In this document: positions 11,289 to 24,353 of the stretch, one piece after another
Numbering within the stretch: position 1 is the stretch's first letter
How the letters are laid out: the number at the start of each line of letters is the position of its first letter
NCBI RefSeq assembly: GCF_006345805.1
Contig: NC_043018.1
Location: 19,344,001 to 19,408,000 of the forward strand
Length of the DNA: 64,000 nucleotides
Direction: 5' to 3'
Origin: Octopus sinensis
Taxonomy: Eukaryota
Made by a program: the position numbers and the translations under genes
The notes under the pieces: generated by a model
The model's input: the letters and a program-made list of their open reading frames with translations, nothing else
Database searches by the model: none
What the model was told of the DNA's origin: nothing

Positions 11289-14200
11289 AGTGACTAGCAA
11301 CAAGCCAACATGCAAGTGAGTCAGCTTAGGCTATGCAGATGTGATGTACTAACAGCAATCAGTGACTAGCAAGCCAACGTTCAAGTGAGTCAGCTTAGGC
11401 TATGCAGATGTGATGTACTAACAGGAATCAGTGACTAGCAAGCCAACGTTCAAGTGAGTCAGCTTAGGCTATGCAGATGTGATGTACTAACAGCAATCAG
11501 TGACTAGCAAGCCAACGTTCAAGTGAGTCAGCTTAGGCTATGCAGATGTGATGTGCTAACAGCAATCAGTGGTTAGCAAGCCAACGTGCAAGTGAGTCAG
11601 CTTAGGCTATGCAGATGTGATGTACTAACAGCAATCAGTGGTTAGCAAGCCAACGTGCAAGTGAGTCAGCTTAGGCTATGCAGATGTGATGTACTAACAG
11701 GAATCAGTGGTTAGCAAGCCAACGTTCAAGTGAGTCAGCTTAGGCTATGCAGATGTGATGTACTAACAGGAATCAGTGACTAGCAAGCGAACGTGCAAGG
11801 GAGTCAGCTTAGGCTATGCAGATGTGATGTACTAACAGCAATCAGTGACTAGCAAGCCAACGTTCAAGTGAGTCAGCTTAGGCTATGCAGATGTGATGTA
11901 CTAACAGAATCAGTGGTTAGCAAGCCAACATGCAAGGGAGTCAGCTTAGGCTATGCAGATGTGATGTACTAACAGCAATCAGTGACTAGCAAGCCAACGT
12001 TCAAGTGAGTCAGCTTAGGCTATGCAGATGTGATGTACTAACAGGAATCAGTGGTTAGCAAGCCAACGTTCAAGTGAGTCAGCTTAGGCTATGCAGATGT
12101 GATGTACTAACAGCAATCAGTGACTAGCAAGCCAACGTTCAAGTGAGTCAGCTTAGGCTATGCAGATGTGATGTACTAACAGGAATCAGTGGTTAGCAGC
12201 CAACGTTCAAGTGAGTCAGCTTAGGCTATGCAGATGTGATGTACTAACAGGAATCAGTGGTGGTTAGCAAGCCAACGTTCAAGTGAGTCAGCTTAGGCTA
12301 TGCAGATGTGATGTACTAACAGCAATCAGTGACTAGCAAGCCAACGTTCAAGTGAGTCAGCTTAGGCTATGCAGATGTGATGTACTAACAGGAATCAGTG
12401 GTTAGCAACCAACGTTCAAGTGAGTCAGATTAGGCTATGCAGATGTGATGTACTAACAGGAATCAGTGGTTAGCAAGCCAACGTTCAAGTGAGTCAGCTT
12501 AGGCTATGCAGATGTGATGTACTAACAGGAATCAGTGGTTAGCAAGCCAACGTTCAAGTGAGTCAGCTTAGGCTATGCAGATGTGATGTACTAACAGCAA
12601 TCAGTGGTTAGCAAGCCAACGTTCAAGTGAGTCAGCTTAGGCTATGCAGATGTGATGTACTAACAGCAATCAGTGACTAGCAAGCCAACGTTCAAGTGAG
12701 TCAGCTTAGGCTATGCAGATGTGATGTACTAACAGGAATCAGTGGTTAGCAAGCCAACGTTCAAGTGAGTCAGCTTAGGCTATGCAGATGTGATGTACTA
12801 ACAGCAATCAGTGGTTAGCAAGCCAACGTTCAAGTGAGTCAGCTTAGGCTATGCAGATGTGATGTACTAACAGGAATCAGTGACTAGCAAGCGAACGTGC
12901 AAGGGAGTCAGCTTAGGCTATGCAGATGTGATGTACTAACAGCAATCAGTGACTAGCAAGCCAACGTTCAAGTGAGTCAGCTTAGGCTATGCAGATGTGA
13001 TGTACTAACAGGAATCGGTGGTTAGCAAGCCAACGTTCAAGTGAGTCAGCTTAGGCTATGCAGATGTGATGTACTAACAGCAATCAGTGGTTAGCAAGCC
13101 AACGTTCAAGTGAGTCAGCTTAGGCTATGCAGATGTGATGTACTAACAGAATCAGTGACTAGCAAGCGAACGTGCAAGGGAGTCAGCTTAGGCTATGCAG
13201 ATGTGATGTGTACTAACAGGAATCAGTGGTTAGCAAGCCAACGTTCAAGTGAGTCAGCTTAGGCTATGCAGATGTGATGTACTAACAGCAATCAGTGGTT
13301 AGCAAGCCAACGTTCAAGTGAGTCAGCTTAGGCTACGCAGATGTGATGTACTAATAGGAATCAGTGACTAGCAAGCCAACGTGCAAGGGAGTCAGCTTAG
13401 GCTATGCAGATGTGATGTACTAACAGGAATCAGTGGTTAGCAAGCCAACGTTCAAGTGAGTCAGCTTAGGCTATGCAGATGTGATGTACTAACAGGAATC
13501 AGTGACTAGCAAGCCAACGTGCAAGGGTGTCAGCTTAGGCTATGCAGATGTGATGTACTAACAGCAATCAGTGGTTAGCAAGCCAACGTTCAAGTGAGTC
13601 AGCTTAGGCTATGCAGATGTGATGTACTAACAGCAATCAGTGACTAGCAAGCCAACGTTCAAGTGAGTCAGCTTAGGCTATGCAGATGTGATGTACTAAC
13701 GGGAATCAGTGGTTAGCAAGCCAACGTTCAAGTGAGTCAGCTTAGGCTATGCAGATGTGATGTACTAACAGCAATCAGTGACTAGCAAGCCAACGTTCAA
13801 GTGAGTCAGCTTAGGCTATGCAGATGTGATGTACTAACAGCAATCAGTGGTTAGCAACCCAACGTTCAAGTGAGTCAGCTTAGGCTATGCAGATGTGATG
13901 TACTAACAGGAATCAGTGACTAGCAAGCCAACGTGCAAGGGAGTCAGCTTAGGCTATGCAGATGTGATGTACTAACAGCAATCAGTGGTTAGCAAGCCAA
14001 CGTTCAAGTGAGTCAGCTTAGGCTATGCAGATGTGATGTACTAACAGCAATCAGTGACTAGCAAGCCAACGTTCAAGTGAGTCAGCTTAGGCTATGCAGA
14101 TGTGATGTACTAACAGCAATCAGTGGTTAGCAACCCAACGTTCAAGTGAGTCAGCTTAGGCTATGCAGATGTGATGTACTAACAGCAATCAGTGACTAGC

Positions 14201-16268
14201 AAGCCAACGTTCAAGTGAGTCAGCTTAGGCTATGCAGATGTGATGTACTAACGGGAATCAGTGGTTAGCAAGCCAACGTTCAAGTGAGTCAGCTTAGGCT
14301 ATGCAGATGTGATGTACTAACAGCAATCAGTGGTTAGCAACCCAACGTTCAAGTGAGTCAGCTTAGGCTATGCAGATGTGATGTACTAACAGGAATCAGT
14401 GACTAGCAAGCCAACGTGCAAGGAAGTCAGCTTAGGCTATGCAGATGTGATGTACTAACAGTAATCAGTGGTTAGCAAGCCAACGTTCAAGTGAGTCAGC
14501 TTAGGCTATGCAGATGTGATGTACTAACAGGAATCAGTGGTTAGCAAGCCAACGTTCAAGTGAGTCAGCTTAGGCTATGCAGATGTGATGTACTAACAGG
14601 AATCAGTGGTTAGCAAGCCAACGTTCAAGTGAGTCAGCTTAGGCTATGCAGATGTGATGTACTAACAGTAATCAGTGGTTAGCAAGCCAACGTTCAAGTG
14701 AGTCAGCTTAGGCTATGCAGATGTGATGTACTAACAGGAATCAGTGGTTAGCAAGCCAACGTGCAAGTGAGTCAGCTTAGGCTATGCAGATGTGATGTAC
14801 TAACAGCAATCAGTGGTTAGCAAGCCAACGTTCAAGTGAGTCAGCTTAGGCTATGCAGATGTGATGTACTAACAGCAATCAGTGGTTAGCAAGCCAACGT
14901 TCAAGTGAGTCAGCTTAGGCTATGCAGATGTGATGTACTAACAGCAATCAGTGACTAGCAAGCCAACGTTCAAGTGAGTCAGCTTAGGCTATGCAGATGT
15001 GATGTACTAACAGCAATCAGTGACTAGCAAGCCAACGTTCAAGTGAGTCAGCTTAGGCTATGCAGATGTGATGTACTAACAGCAATCAGTGACTAGCAAG
15101 CCAACGTTCAAGTGAGTCAGCTTAGGCTATGCAGATGTGATGTACTAACAGGAATCAGTGACTAGCAAGCCAACGTTCAAGTGAGTCAGCTTAGGCTATG
15201 CAGATGTGATGTGCTAACAGCAATCAGTGGTTAGCATGCCAACGTTCAAGTGAGTCAGCTTAGGCTATGCAGATGTGATGTACTAACAGCAATCAATGAC
15301 TAGCAAGCCAACGTTCAAGTGAGTCAGCTTAGGCTATGCAGATGTGATGTACTAACAGCAATCAGTGACTAGCAAGCCAACGTTCAAGTGAGTCAGCTTA
15401 GGCTATGCAGATGTGATGTACTAACAGGAATCAGTGACTAGCAAGCCAACGTTCAAGTGAGTCAGCTTAGGCTATGCAGATGTGATGTACTAACAGCAAT
15501 CAGTGGTTAGCAAGCCAACGTTCAAGTGAGTCAGCTTAGGCTATGCAGATGTGATGTGCTAACAGCAATCAGTGGTTAGCAAGCCAACGTTCAAGTGAGT
15601 CAGCTTAGGCTATGCAGATGTGATGTACTAACAGCAATCAGTGGTTAGCAAGCCAACGTTCAAGTGAGTCAGCTTAGGCTATGCAGATGTGATGTACTAA
15701 CAGGAATCAGTGACTAGCAAGCCAACGTTCAAGTGAGTCAGCTTAGGCTATGCAGATGTGATGTACTAACAGCAATCAGTGGTTAGCAAGCCAACGTTCA
15801 AGTGAGTCCGCTTAGGCTATGCAGATGTGATGTACTAACAGAATCAGTGACTAGCAAGCCAACGTTCAAGTGAGTCAGCTTAGCTATGCAGATGTGATGT
15901 ACTAACAGGAATCAGTGACTAGCAAGCGAACGTTCAAGTGAGTCAGCTTAGGCTATGCAGATGTGATGTACTAACAGCAATCAGTGGTTATCAAGCCAAC
16001 GTTCAAGTGAGTCAGCTTAGGCTATGCAGATGTGATGTACTAACAGCAATCAGTGACTAGCAAGCCAACGTTCAAGTGAGTCAGCTTAGGCTATGCAGAT
16101 GTGATGTACTAACAGGAATCAGTGGTTAGCAAGCCAACGTTCAAGTGAGTCAGCTTAGGCTATGCAGATGTGATGTACTAACAGCAATCAGTGGTTAGCA
16201 AGCCAACGTTCAAGTGAGTCAGCTTAGGCTATGCAGATGTGATGTATTGACAGGAATCAATGGTTAAC
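11289..16268 (+). repeat. Satellite array of ~72 copies of a 69-bp monomer
   Basis: Consensus AGTG(AC/GT)TAGCAAGCCAACGTTCAAGTGAGTCAGCTTAGGCTATGCAGATGTGATGTACTAACAG(C/G)AATC. Period confirmed from starts at 11361 and 11430. No ORF is listed over it. Confidence 0.97.
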
Positions 16269-16302
16269 ACGGTTCATGAATATTTCCTTCAACCTAATAT
16301 AT

Positions 16303-16500
16303 TGGTTTCAAATTTTGGTATGAGGACAGCAACTTGAGGAGAGGGAATAAGTCGACTACATCGACCTTCCTCCAACCCAGTGTTTAACTGGTACTTATTT
16401 TATCGACCCTGAAGAAAGGCTGAAAAGCAAACTCGACCTAGGTTGAATTTGAACGTTAAGACGGACGAAATACTGCTAAGCATTTCGCCCAGCTTGCTAC
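16303..16500 (-). mobile_element. SINE family B (diverged)
   Basis: CTGGTACTTATTTTATCGACCC..AAAGCAAACTCGACC..GAATTTGAAC..GACGAAATACTGCTAAGCATTTCGCCC. Confidence 0.75.
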
Positions 16501-17713
16501 CTATGAGAGAAATATTGAAAATTTAGGTAGGGTAGATGCTAATTGTGAAGCACATTCTTTCCGGATAGTAGAAAGGACAAAGATGGAACTGGTTGCTTGG
16601 AGAAGTTTATATAATTAGCGTTTGTGGTGGTGGTGGTGAGGTGAGAAGAGAAAGGGGTGTTTGGATAGATGTTGCTTATATGTGTGCGTGCATGACCATC
16701 TGTGTGTGTATGTTCGTGCAGAATGAGAAGCCATTCGACAATGTTTCATTAACTAATCTGACAGAAAAATAAATCACTTAATAGATGATACCTCAGACAA
16801 CATTTAAAATTATTTGTGATAGATTCAGGCTGGAGAGAAATTTCAGAACAGCTGAGAACAACATTAGAAAATAACAAGTTTAATAGCAAACATCTATTAA
16901 TTTATCAACGTAACAAAACTTACCAAGTTTCCCTTAGGAGCGGAAATTTATTGATTAAATAATAATAATAATGATAATAGTACTATATTATTCTATCAAG
17001 TTCAATACATTGGACTAATACTGTCCTTCGGCTAACTTACTTTCATTACTAACTTCTTAATTTCTTTGAATGAAAATAAGAGAATAATGTTTCCGTCAAG
17101 AGTAACAATCTGTAGACACCAGGGTAATATTAAAATGAATTCTTTCAATATATTCTCTTGAAAAGAAGTTAAATTGAATTTCAATCACAAAATGAAGAGA
17201 TAAATATGCTGTCGTTAATTCCTTGTTGCTTTACCATTGTTTTGTCCCTGATAGATCGTCGAAAGTGCCAAAGTCAATGTTGGCATTGGATCATCAGTTG
17301 TAATGTCTCGTCTGCCATTCACATCCTGTCACTGGTGCTGCACTGTTTCCGCTGCCAAAATATTTAACTCTGTTCGCTGCAAATAGATACCTTTCATAAT
17401 CCTTTATAGGAAATTCCCAAATCTGAAAAATCTTTCATTGCTGAATTAATTTTTTTTTTTGAGCAAGAGAAGTACCACAAATGAAAAATTCCTGAAAGCA
17501 CTCATAAAGGCTGGTTTAAAGAAAAGGGTGTATTGTAGATGAACATAAAATGAATGCTAATAAAAGTGAAAGCGTTGTGTAGCTATTTTCCATGGATGAC
17601 AGACTGAAGAGGTGCAGTTGGTTCGGTGAAACATGAAATGTTCCCAAAATAAATCTGTTACATATTGTGCGAAACTGTTGTAGTGCCAAATTTATATAAA
17701 TACTACTTTCATG

Positions 17714-17767
<54 letters not shown>

Positions 17768-17899
17768 ATACATTGATTAAGCTTCGTGCAATGGCCATAC
17801 TCGATAACGAGGGGTCAGCCACCACGTGTGTATGTATGTATGTATGTGTGTGTGTATGTATGTATATATGTATTTATGTAGGGATGTATGTATATATGT

Positions 17900-18075
17900 A
17901 TCATCATCGCCATTTGATGTCTGTTGGCATGGTTTAAATAGTTGACCAGAACGTACAATCCAGAGAGCTGCACCAGGATCCAGTTGTCTGTTTTGGCATG
18001 GCCTCTACGGCTGGATGACCTTCCTAATGCTAGCTACTTTACAGAGTGCGCTGGGTGCTTTTACGTGGAACCGCA
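17900..18075 (-). mobile_element. RTE 3'-end element (diverged)
   Basis: CATCATCGCCATTTGATGTC..CTACGGCTGGATGACCTTCCTAATGC..GGGTGCTTTTACGTG. Confidence 0.6.
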
Positions 18076-18127
18076 CGACCACTCTTACATGACACCGGCG
18101 CAGTTTTCTCGGTTTCTTTGAGATAAC

Positions 18128-18608
<481 letters not shown>

Positions 18609-18624
18609 CATTATTGTCGCTGTT

Positions 18625-18810
18625 AAGGTTGTGAGCTGGCGGGGGTGGATTCATTTCCACCAGTGGCATTTCTCGCTCTTTATTTTCTGAATTCAAATAT
18701 CATTGAGGTAAAATTTTCCTTTCGTCCTTTCAAGGTTAAGAAAATAAAATATCATTCAAGGACAGCAGAGTTAATGTAATCAAATTTTCCCTTGCCTCAC
18801 AATTGCAGAC
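18625..18810 (+). mobile_element. SINE family B (diverged)
   Basis: AAGGTTGTGAGCTGGC..CTGAATTCAAAT..TTTCCTTTCGTCCTTTC. Confidence 0.5.
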
Positions 18811-18829
18811 CTTGCACAAAAATTTGAAG

Positions 18830-18830
<1 letters not shown>

Positions 18831-18878
<48 letters not shown>

Positions 18879-18889
18879 CACTACTGCTG

Positions 18890-18941
<52 letters not shown>

Positions 18942-19005
18942 CTCTTTTCGTCATCATCATCATCATCATCATTATTATTATTATTATCATTATTATTATT
19001 ATTAT
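18831..19005. repeat. Compound (CTA)n-(CAT)n-(ATT)n microsatellite
   Basis: Directly visible. Confidence 0.95.
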
Positions 19006-19525
19006 TGAATGAGAGAGCAGAGCATGCCATCAAAGTGACACTGGGGTAAAATATACGAAGCCCAATATACCCATTATGACTACCCATCTGATAAGGGTAC
19101 ACTAGGCACATGCATCACAATCATATGTGTGCGACGTAGTGATCTCATATCAAGATAAATAGCACATGACCTTGCAGGTGGGGCGCTGTTAGAATTTTCT
19201 TCAGGTCGATTAGGCTATCCTACTCAAAAGATCCCTGAATAAGGGTCATTTAAGGATGTTGAACGAATTGGCCACATTTCCAGAGGTGAATTATTCAAAC
19301 CCCAAAGAATACCTCAACACATGGCTATAATGTTCCCCCACTACTTGTGGTCGTGATCAGAGATGTACATATCGTCAGCCACTAAGGGGTATGGTCAACT
19401 GGTTAAGGTCAAACAACTGACAAGCAAATCTGTGGTATTGAGCAGAATATTTGCTGTAGCCCATCTTTTATACCAAGACAAAACAATATACATGATAACA
19501 CCTCCAATCAGTTAAGATGAGAAGA
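19006..19525 (-). mobile_element. Probable LINE-derived interspersed repeat ending in a (TAA)n tail
   Basis: Unique-looking block whose minus-strand 3' end runs into (TAA)n. The minus strand has GCTGACGATATG (ADDM, a possible RT YADD remnant). Family not identified. Confidence 0.4.
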
Positions 19526-19571
19526 CAGAGGTCCGATGCTCTTGTGTGTCATATATTCATTTTCACTGAGT

Positions 19572-19717
19572 TAGTCTTCAGTGCCTGGTCCTAGGCCGCG
19601 ATGGTTAGGCTTTCAATATTCTGTTTTAGGTCACCCTTCTGGAGCCACCTCCATGATGCTCTCTGGTCTTTTAATTTGTTTGTTCCCACGGAGGAACTGA
19701 CCATGTAATTCCATACA
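19572..19717 (-). mobile_element. Second R4/Dong-type LINE fragment
   Basis: Minus strand reads ELHGQFLRG..ASWRWLQKGDLKQNIESLTIAA*DQALKT, homologous to the WL..LKIETEGFIIAAQDQ segment at ~750-810. The 5' junction abuts (TAA)n at 19718-19755. Confidence 0.7.
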
Positions 19718-19718
19718 G

Positions 19719-19756
<38 letters not shown>

Positions 19757-20149
19757 TACTACCATTACTATTTATATAGTCGATTCAACCGTTGGACACA
19801 ATCAACCAAAGAAATAAATTTGCTGCCACTGTCAAAGCACAGGATCGAAACATGAAATATGGGATTTTTGTCAAGAGATAGTTTGTCGATAAACAAAATA
19901 AAAGTAAAAAAAAAAAAAAAGGGAAGAAAAGAAAAAAAATATCGATGTGTTATTGATTTTAATGTATTTGATGTTCGATTTTTAAGTTTTGCAAACAAAC
20001 GGCATGGAATTGTGCATTTGAATGTTTGATGTAAAAATATTTCACGATAAATATATCAACGCTTCTTGTGGCGGTTCTGCTGCATGCCGGAACAATGATT
20101 GCCGTAAACTCAATTGGTTCTTTTGTCTCCTTTCTTCCTTCCACACAGA

Positions 20150-20361
20150 CGTGTGTGTGTGTGTACGTGTGTGTGTGTACATGTGTGTGTACGTGTGTGT
20201 GTGTGTGTGTACGTGTGTGTGTACGTGTGTGTTTGTGTGTGTGTGTGTGTGTACTCGCACCTGTATACGTTTGTCTTTGTACACGTCTGTATATATGTGT
20301 GTGTGTGTGTGTGTGGTTGTGCACGCGTGTGTATGTGTTTGTATGTATGTATGTATGTATG

Positions 20362-20392
<31 letters not shown>

Positions 20393-20785
20393 ATATGTAT
20401 ATATGTATGTATGTATATATGTATGTATGTATGTGTGCATGTATGCATGCATGTATGTATGTATGTATGTATGTATGTATGTATGTGTGTGTGTATGTAT
20501 GTATGTATGTATGTATGTATGTATGTATGTATGTATGTATGTATGTGTGTGTATGTATGTATATATGTGTGTGTGTATGTTTTTGTGTTGTGTTTGTGCA
20601 AGTGTTTGCGTGCGTGTGTATGTGCTTGTGCACGTGTGTGTGTATGTGTGTGTGTGTACTCGCGCGTGTATACGTTTGTCTTTGTGCACGTGTGTATATA
20701 TGTGTGTGTTTGTGCACGTGTGTGTATGCTATTTGTATTTATGTATGTATGTTTTTGTGTTGTGTGTGCGCAAGTGTTGTGCGTG

Positions 20786-20823
<38 letters not shown>

Positions 20824-20825
20824 TG
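20150..20825. repeat. (TG)n/(TATG)n microsatellite block with internal duplication
   Basis: GTACTCGC..GTATACGTTTGTCTTTGT occurs at ~20251 and ~20656. Confidence 0.9.
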
Positions 20826-22034
20826 CAGTCTATCAAGTGACATTCGTTGAAAAGAAAAAAAAAAAGACAATCATTGAAATTCTGAGTTCTGCCAAAATCT
20901 ACAGTGTATAAAACGAAACGAAACGATGACCAACAAATAGAAATAAAAAAAAAGAAAGAAAAATAGATAAAAATATATGAAACAAAAGTTTAAAATAAAG
21001 GAACGAATAAATAAATAAATAAATAAATAAATAATGAAACATCATTCCAATCTAGAAATGGAATTTATGGTAAATTCTAACGATGTCAGTTTAGGGGAAA
21101 AAGAAGAGAAAATTAAGGCTGCTTTCATGAAGAAATCAGAGAATGTTCCCAACCATGAAAGATGTGTAATATTTTCTGGCATCCATCATTTTCGAACGAA
21201 AGGGCTTTCTTTCGTCTTTCTGATCATTTCGTGGATAACTAAATTGATTGATATTCCAGTAGAATTGAGTGAGTGCATAAAAGTAAGGCTGCAATGATAA
21301 CGTCTGTTTCAATTAAAAGAAAAATTGTAGTGGGGAAGAAAAAAAGGGGGAAAAACAAAATAATAAAGGAACAAACTGGGAAGGAAGTATGGCACCATGG
21401 AAGAAGATGAAATATAAGGAAATTGTCTTTGGAACTGATGTGGTTTTGAGATAGGTAACGACAGGAAAGGAGGACAGGTGTAGCCAAGAGAGAGATATGT
21501 TAGAGTAATGGCGTAGAAATGACAAATTTTTTTTTTCTTTTATTGAGGGAGATGATTGGTTGAAGGAGAAATAGGGAACTGATATATAAAACAAAAGGAA
21601 TTATGTAAAACACACACAAAAAAACATGAAATAGAAGAAACATTATTATCAAATAATAGTTCTTTTCTTTTTTTGGTTTCCAATCACTTCAAGGCAGTCG
21701 ATAATATTCTGAATTCTTTTCCCTTTATGAAGAAATACAGTTATTCACGTAGGAGAGAACAGTATATACTAAATCAATTCCAATATATAATTGATTCCTT
21801 CTTTTATCGATTTCTAAGGGAGAGAGAGGTGGGCTGAAATGAAAGGCGGAGTTGCCTCTGATGGCGTTTGTCTGGACAAAAAATGCAGCGAACACAAAAC
21901 CAAACCAAATATTGTAAATGCGATTTGATTCTCAGAAGCAAGGAAAAGTGTTGCTGCCGTTTGGAGTTATTGAGTCAGGTATCAGCGATCCAATATTTGT
22001 TCTTTATTTGGTCAGACCTCCTCCTCCTCCTCCT

Positions 22035-22600
22035 CATCATCATCATCATTTAATGCCTGCTGTCCATGCTGGCATGGGTTGTACGGTTTGACCAGAGCCG
22101 GCAAGGTTGGAAGCTGCCCCAGGCTCCAGTCTGATTTAGAATGGTTTCTACGACCGGATGCACTTCCTAACGTCAACCACTTTACAGGATGTGCCGCGCA
22201 TTTCTACGTGGCACCATACAAGGCCCTCTATATGGCACTGGCACAAGTGCTTTTTACGTGGCACCGGTACAGGACTCTTGCAGGCCAATCCACTTTACCA
22301 GGGGGTTGAGGTGGAAGAGGCCTTAATACTTCTGCTGTGGAGTACAGCAAGGCACCAGGTATTTTGGTCCTTTGTTATCTTGTCTGAAATGTTCAGCGTC
22401 CTGAAGTCGTCCTTGAGTGCTTCGACCCGCATCTTCCTGAGTCTCCCTCTTCTACGTTTTCCATCTAATTTGAGAGATCAGCACTGTTTTATGAAGCTGC
22501 CAGCATCCATCAGCATCACTAGTGCAGTTTTCTCTCTTGCACACTGTATATAATTCCTCTTATACCTAACTTCTCTCTCAATACACTAGCACTCTGTTTG
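22035..22600 (-). mobile_element. Decayed RTE LINE 3' end (ORF C-terminus, UTR and (GAT)n tail)
   Basis: Minus strand reads QSASVLREKLGIRG..VQERKL..LDGKRRRGRLRK..LKDDFRTL, homologous to 41545-41760. Confidence 0.75.
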
Positions 22601-22719
22601 TCCCATCCACCCATCCACCCACTTATTATTTAGTCAGGCACCAGCTATCCAACATCTTAATTTGGTCAGGCATCAGCTATTCAATAGATCGACCAATTTA
22701 TTTCCTAGTCCAACACACA

Positions 22720-23048
22720 TATATTTTTTATTCCATTTTAATGCATAATTTTTCGTGTGTCGATGGCGGCGGAGTTGGCGTCCATGGTCACACCTGCACC
22801 TGTTTGCTTCTCCCCCTTCTTCCCTCCCTCGTGAAGCTGTGGGGAAGGGAGTGTAAGGAAATCAACGTCGTAAAGCGTTGTCAAGGAGACCAGCGTTCTT
22901 TTAGAAGAACGACTTTATGGCTTGAAGACACCAAAACAGAAATGGCTAAGAAAGCCCGAATTGGCATCTATAAGGGAAGTAACTCTCTAAAAATGCTTAT
23001 ATAGTTATTTCCCTTACAAACCCGAGCAACGCCGGGCGATACTGCTAG
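22720..23048 (+). mobile_element. Non-autonomous Helitron, 3' part
   Basis: Subterminal hairpin CCCG-AGCAACGC-CGGG then ..CTAG|T at 23045-23048. The last ~80 bp are nearly identical to 40385-40464. Confidence 0.75.
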
Positions 23049-23554
23049 TTATTAATAAGTCATCTTCGCTTCTTACGGCCGTTTCAATTAATACTCAATA
23101 ATTTAATTACAAATTTGTACCAGCAGTGATGCCACGTCCTGCGAACGGTACAGGATTGTAGAAGCACGAAAAAAATGCGAACTGTGCAAGTTCAGAAATA
23201 ACTCTTTTGCCTTCAGTTCCTGCCAGCCACCCGTGCCCAACCTATGCCGGACACATTGTGCCCCGTCTTCTCCTTTGGGTTGTCCTTGGTCATCGCTGAC
23301 AACGACGGATGACAATTATTATTGTTTCATTACTTTTTTCTCTTTTCAAACTTTGCACCCCCAAAAGTTGTCTGTTCAGAGTAATTGCTTCGGTGACCAC
23401 CGTCATCAACATCGTGGCTCTTGTGTCCCCCGTGGGCCTTGCCCGTGTTGCGCCACTGTCTGCTAGTAGTTTACACATGAGTGACCACTGCACTGCAATC
23501 TAGTTGATGTAATGTTCCAGTTGCATGCAAGAATGGACTAAGGTCAAACTTCAT

Positions 23555-24043
23555 ATATATATATATACATACATTACACACTCAGAGATACACACACACA
23601 CATATATACACACACACTCACACACACACATATACACACACACACGCACACATACACAGGTACACATAAAAGCACTCACAGACACACAGACATACGCACA
23701 CATTCGCATACACAAACGTTCGCGCGCGCACACACACATACACACACATATACACACAATCACTCGCACACACACACATAAACACTCACAAATACACAAA
23801 CATACACACACACATACAGTCACATGCGCATCAGTACACACACTTACACACATACACGCAACCACTCGCAGACACACACACACACACACACAGTCACATG
23901 CGCATTAGTACACACACTTACACACATACACACAACCACTCGCAGACACACACACACGCACACACACACACGCACACACACACACGCACACACACACACG
24001 AGAATTACACTCACACCCAGAGAAAATATAAAATGTCTCAACC

Positions 24044-24077
<34 letters not shown>

Positions 24078-24078
24078 G
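23555..24078. repeat. (CA)n-rich microsatellite block followed by (CT)n
   Basis: Directly visible. Confidence 0.9.
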
Positions 24079-24353
24079 ATGAACACCTACAAGTTATATA
24101 ATCTGGTTTAATGAGAAAAAACGGCAGGTGAGCACGTCTCTGTCTAAAGCCTGATATTCCATATTAGATATCAAATATGATAAGTGTTTATAGAAACAGT
24201 TCCGCTAAATAGCATCGGGGAACCACTTAGAATTAAAAACCCAAATTAATTAATTTTATTGGCACCAAAGCCCTCAACAAAAACACAATTTATTCCTCAG
24301 GGGTGATGTTGTTTGTTAACAGGAACGTAATGTTTGCTATCGTTTATACACAT

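Noticed and set aside
11289-16268. CRISPR-like array
   Set aside because: No unique spacers, since the whole monomer repeats; eukaryotic context and no cas genes.
19959-20911. 200-270-aa ORFs on both strands (likewise 31850-32489, 38626-39850 and 61054-61704)
   Set aside because: Read-through of stop-poor CA/TA/CATA microsatellites.
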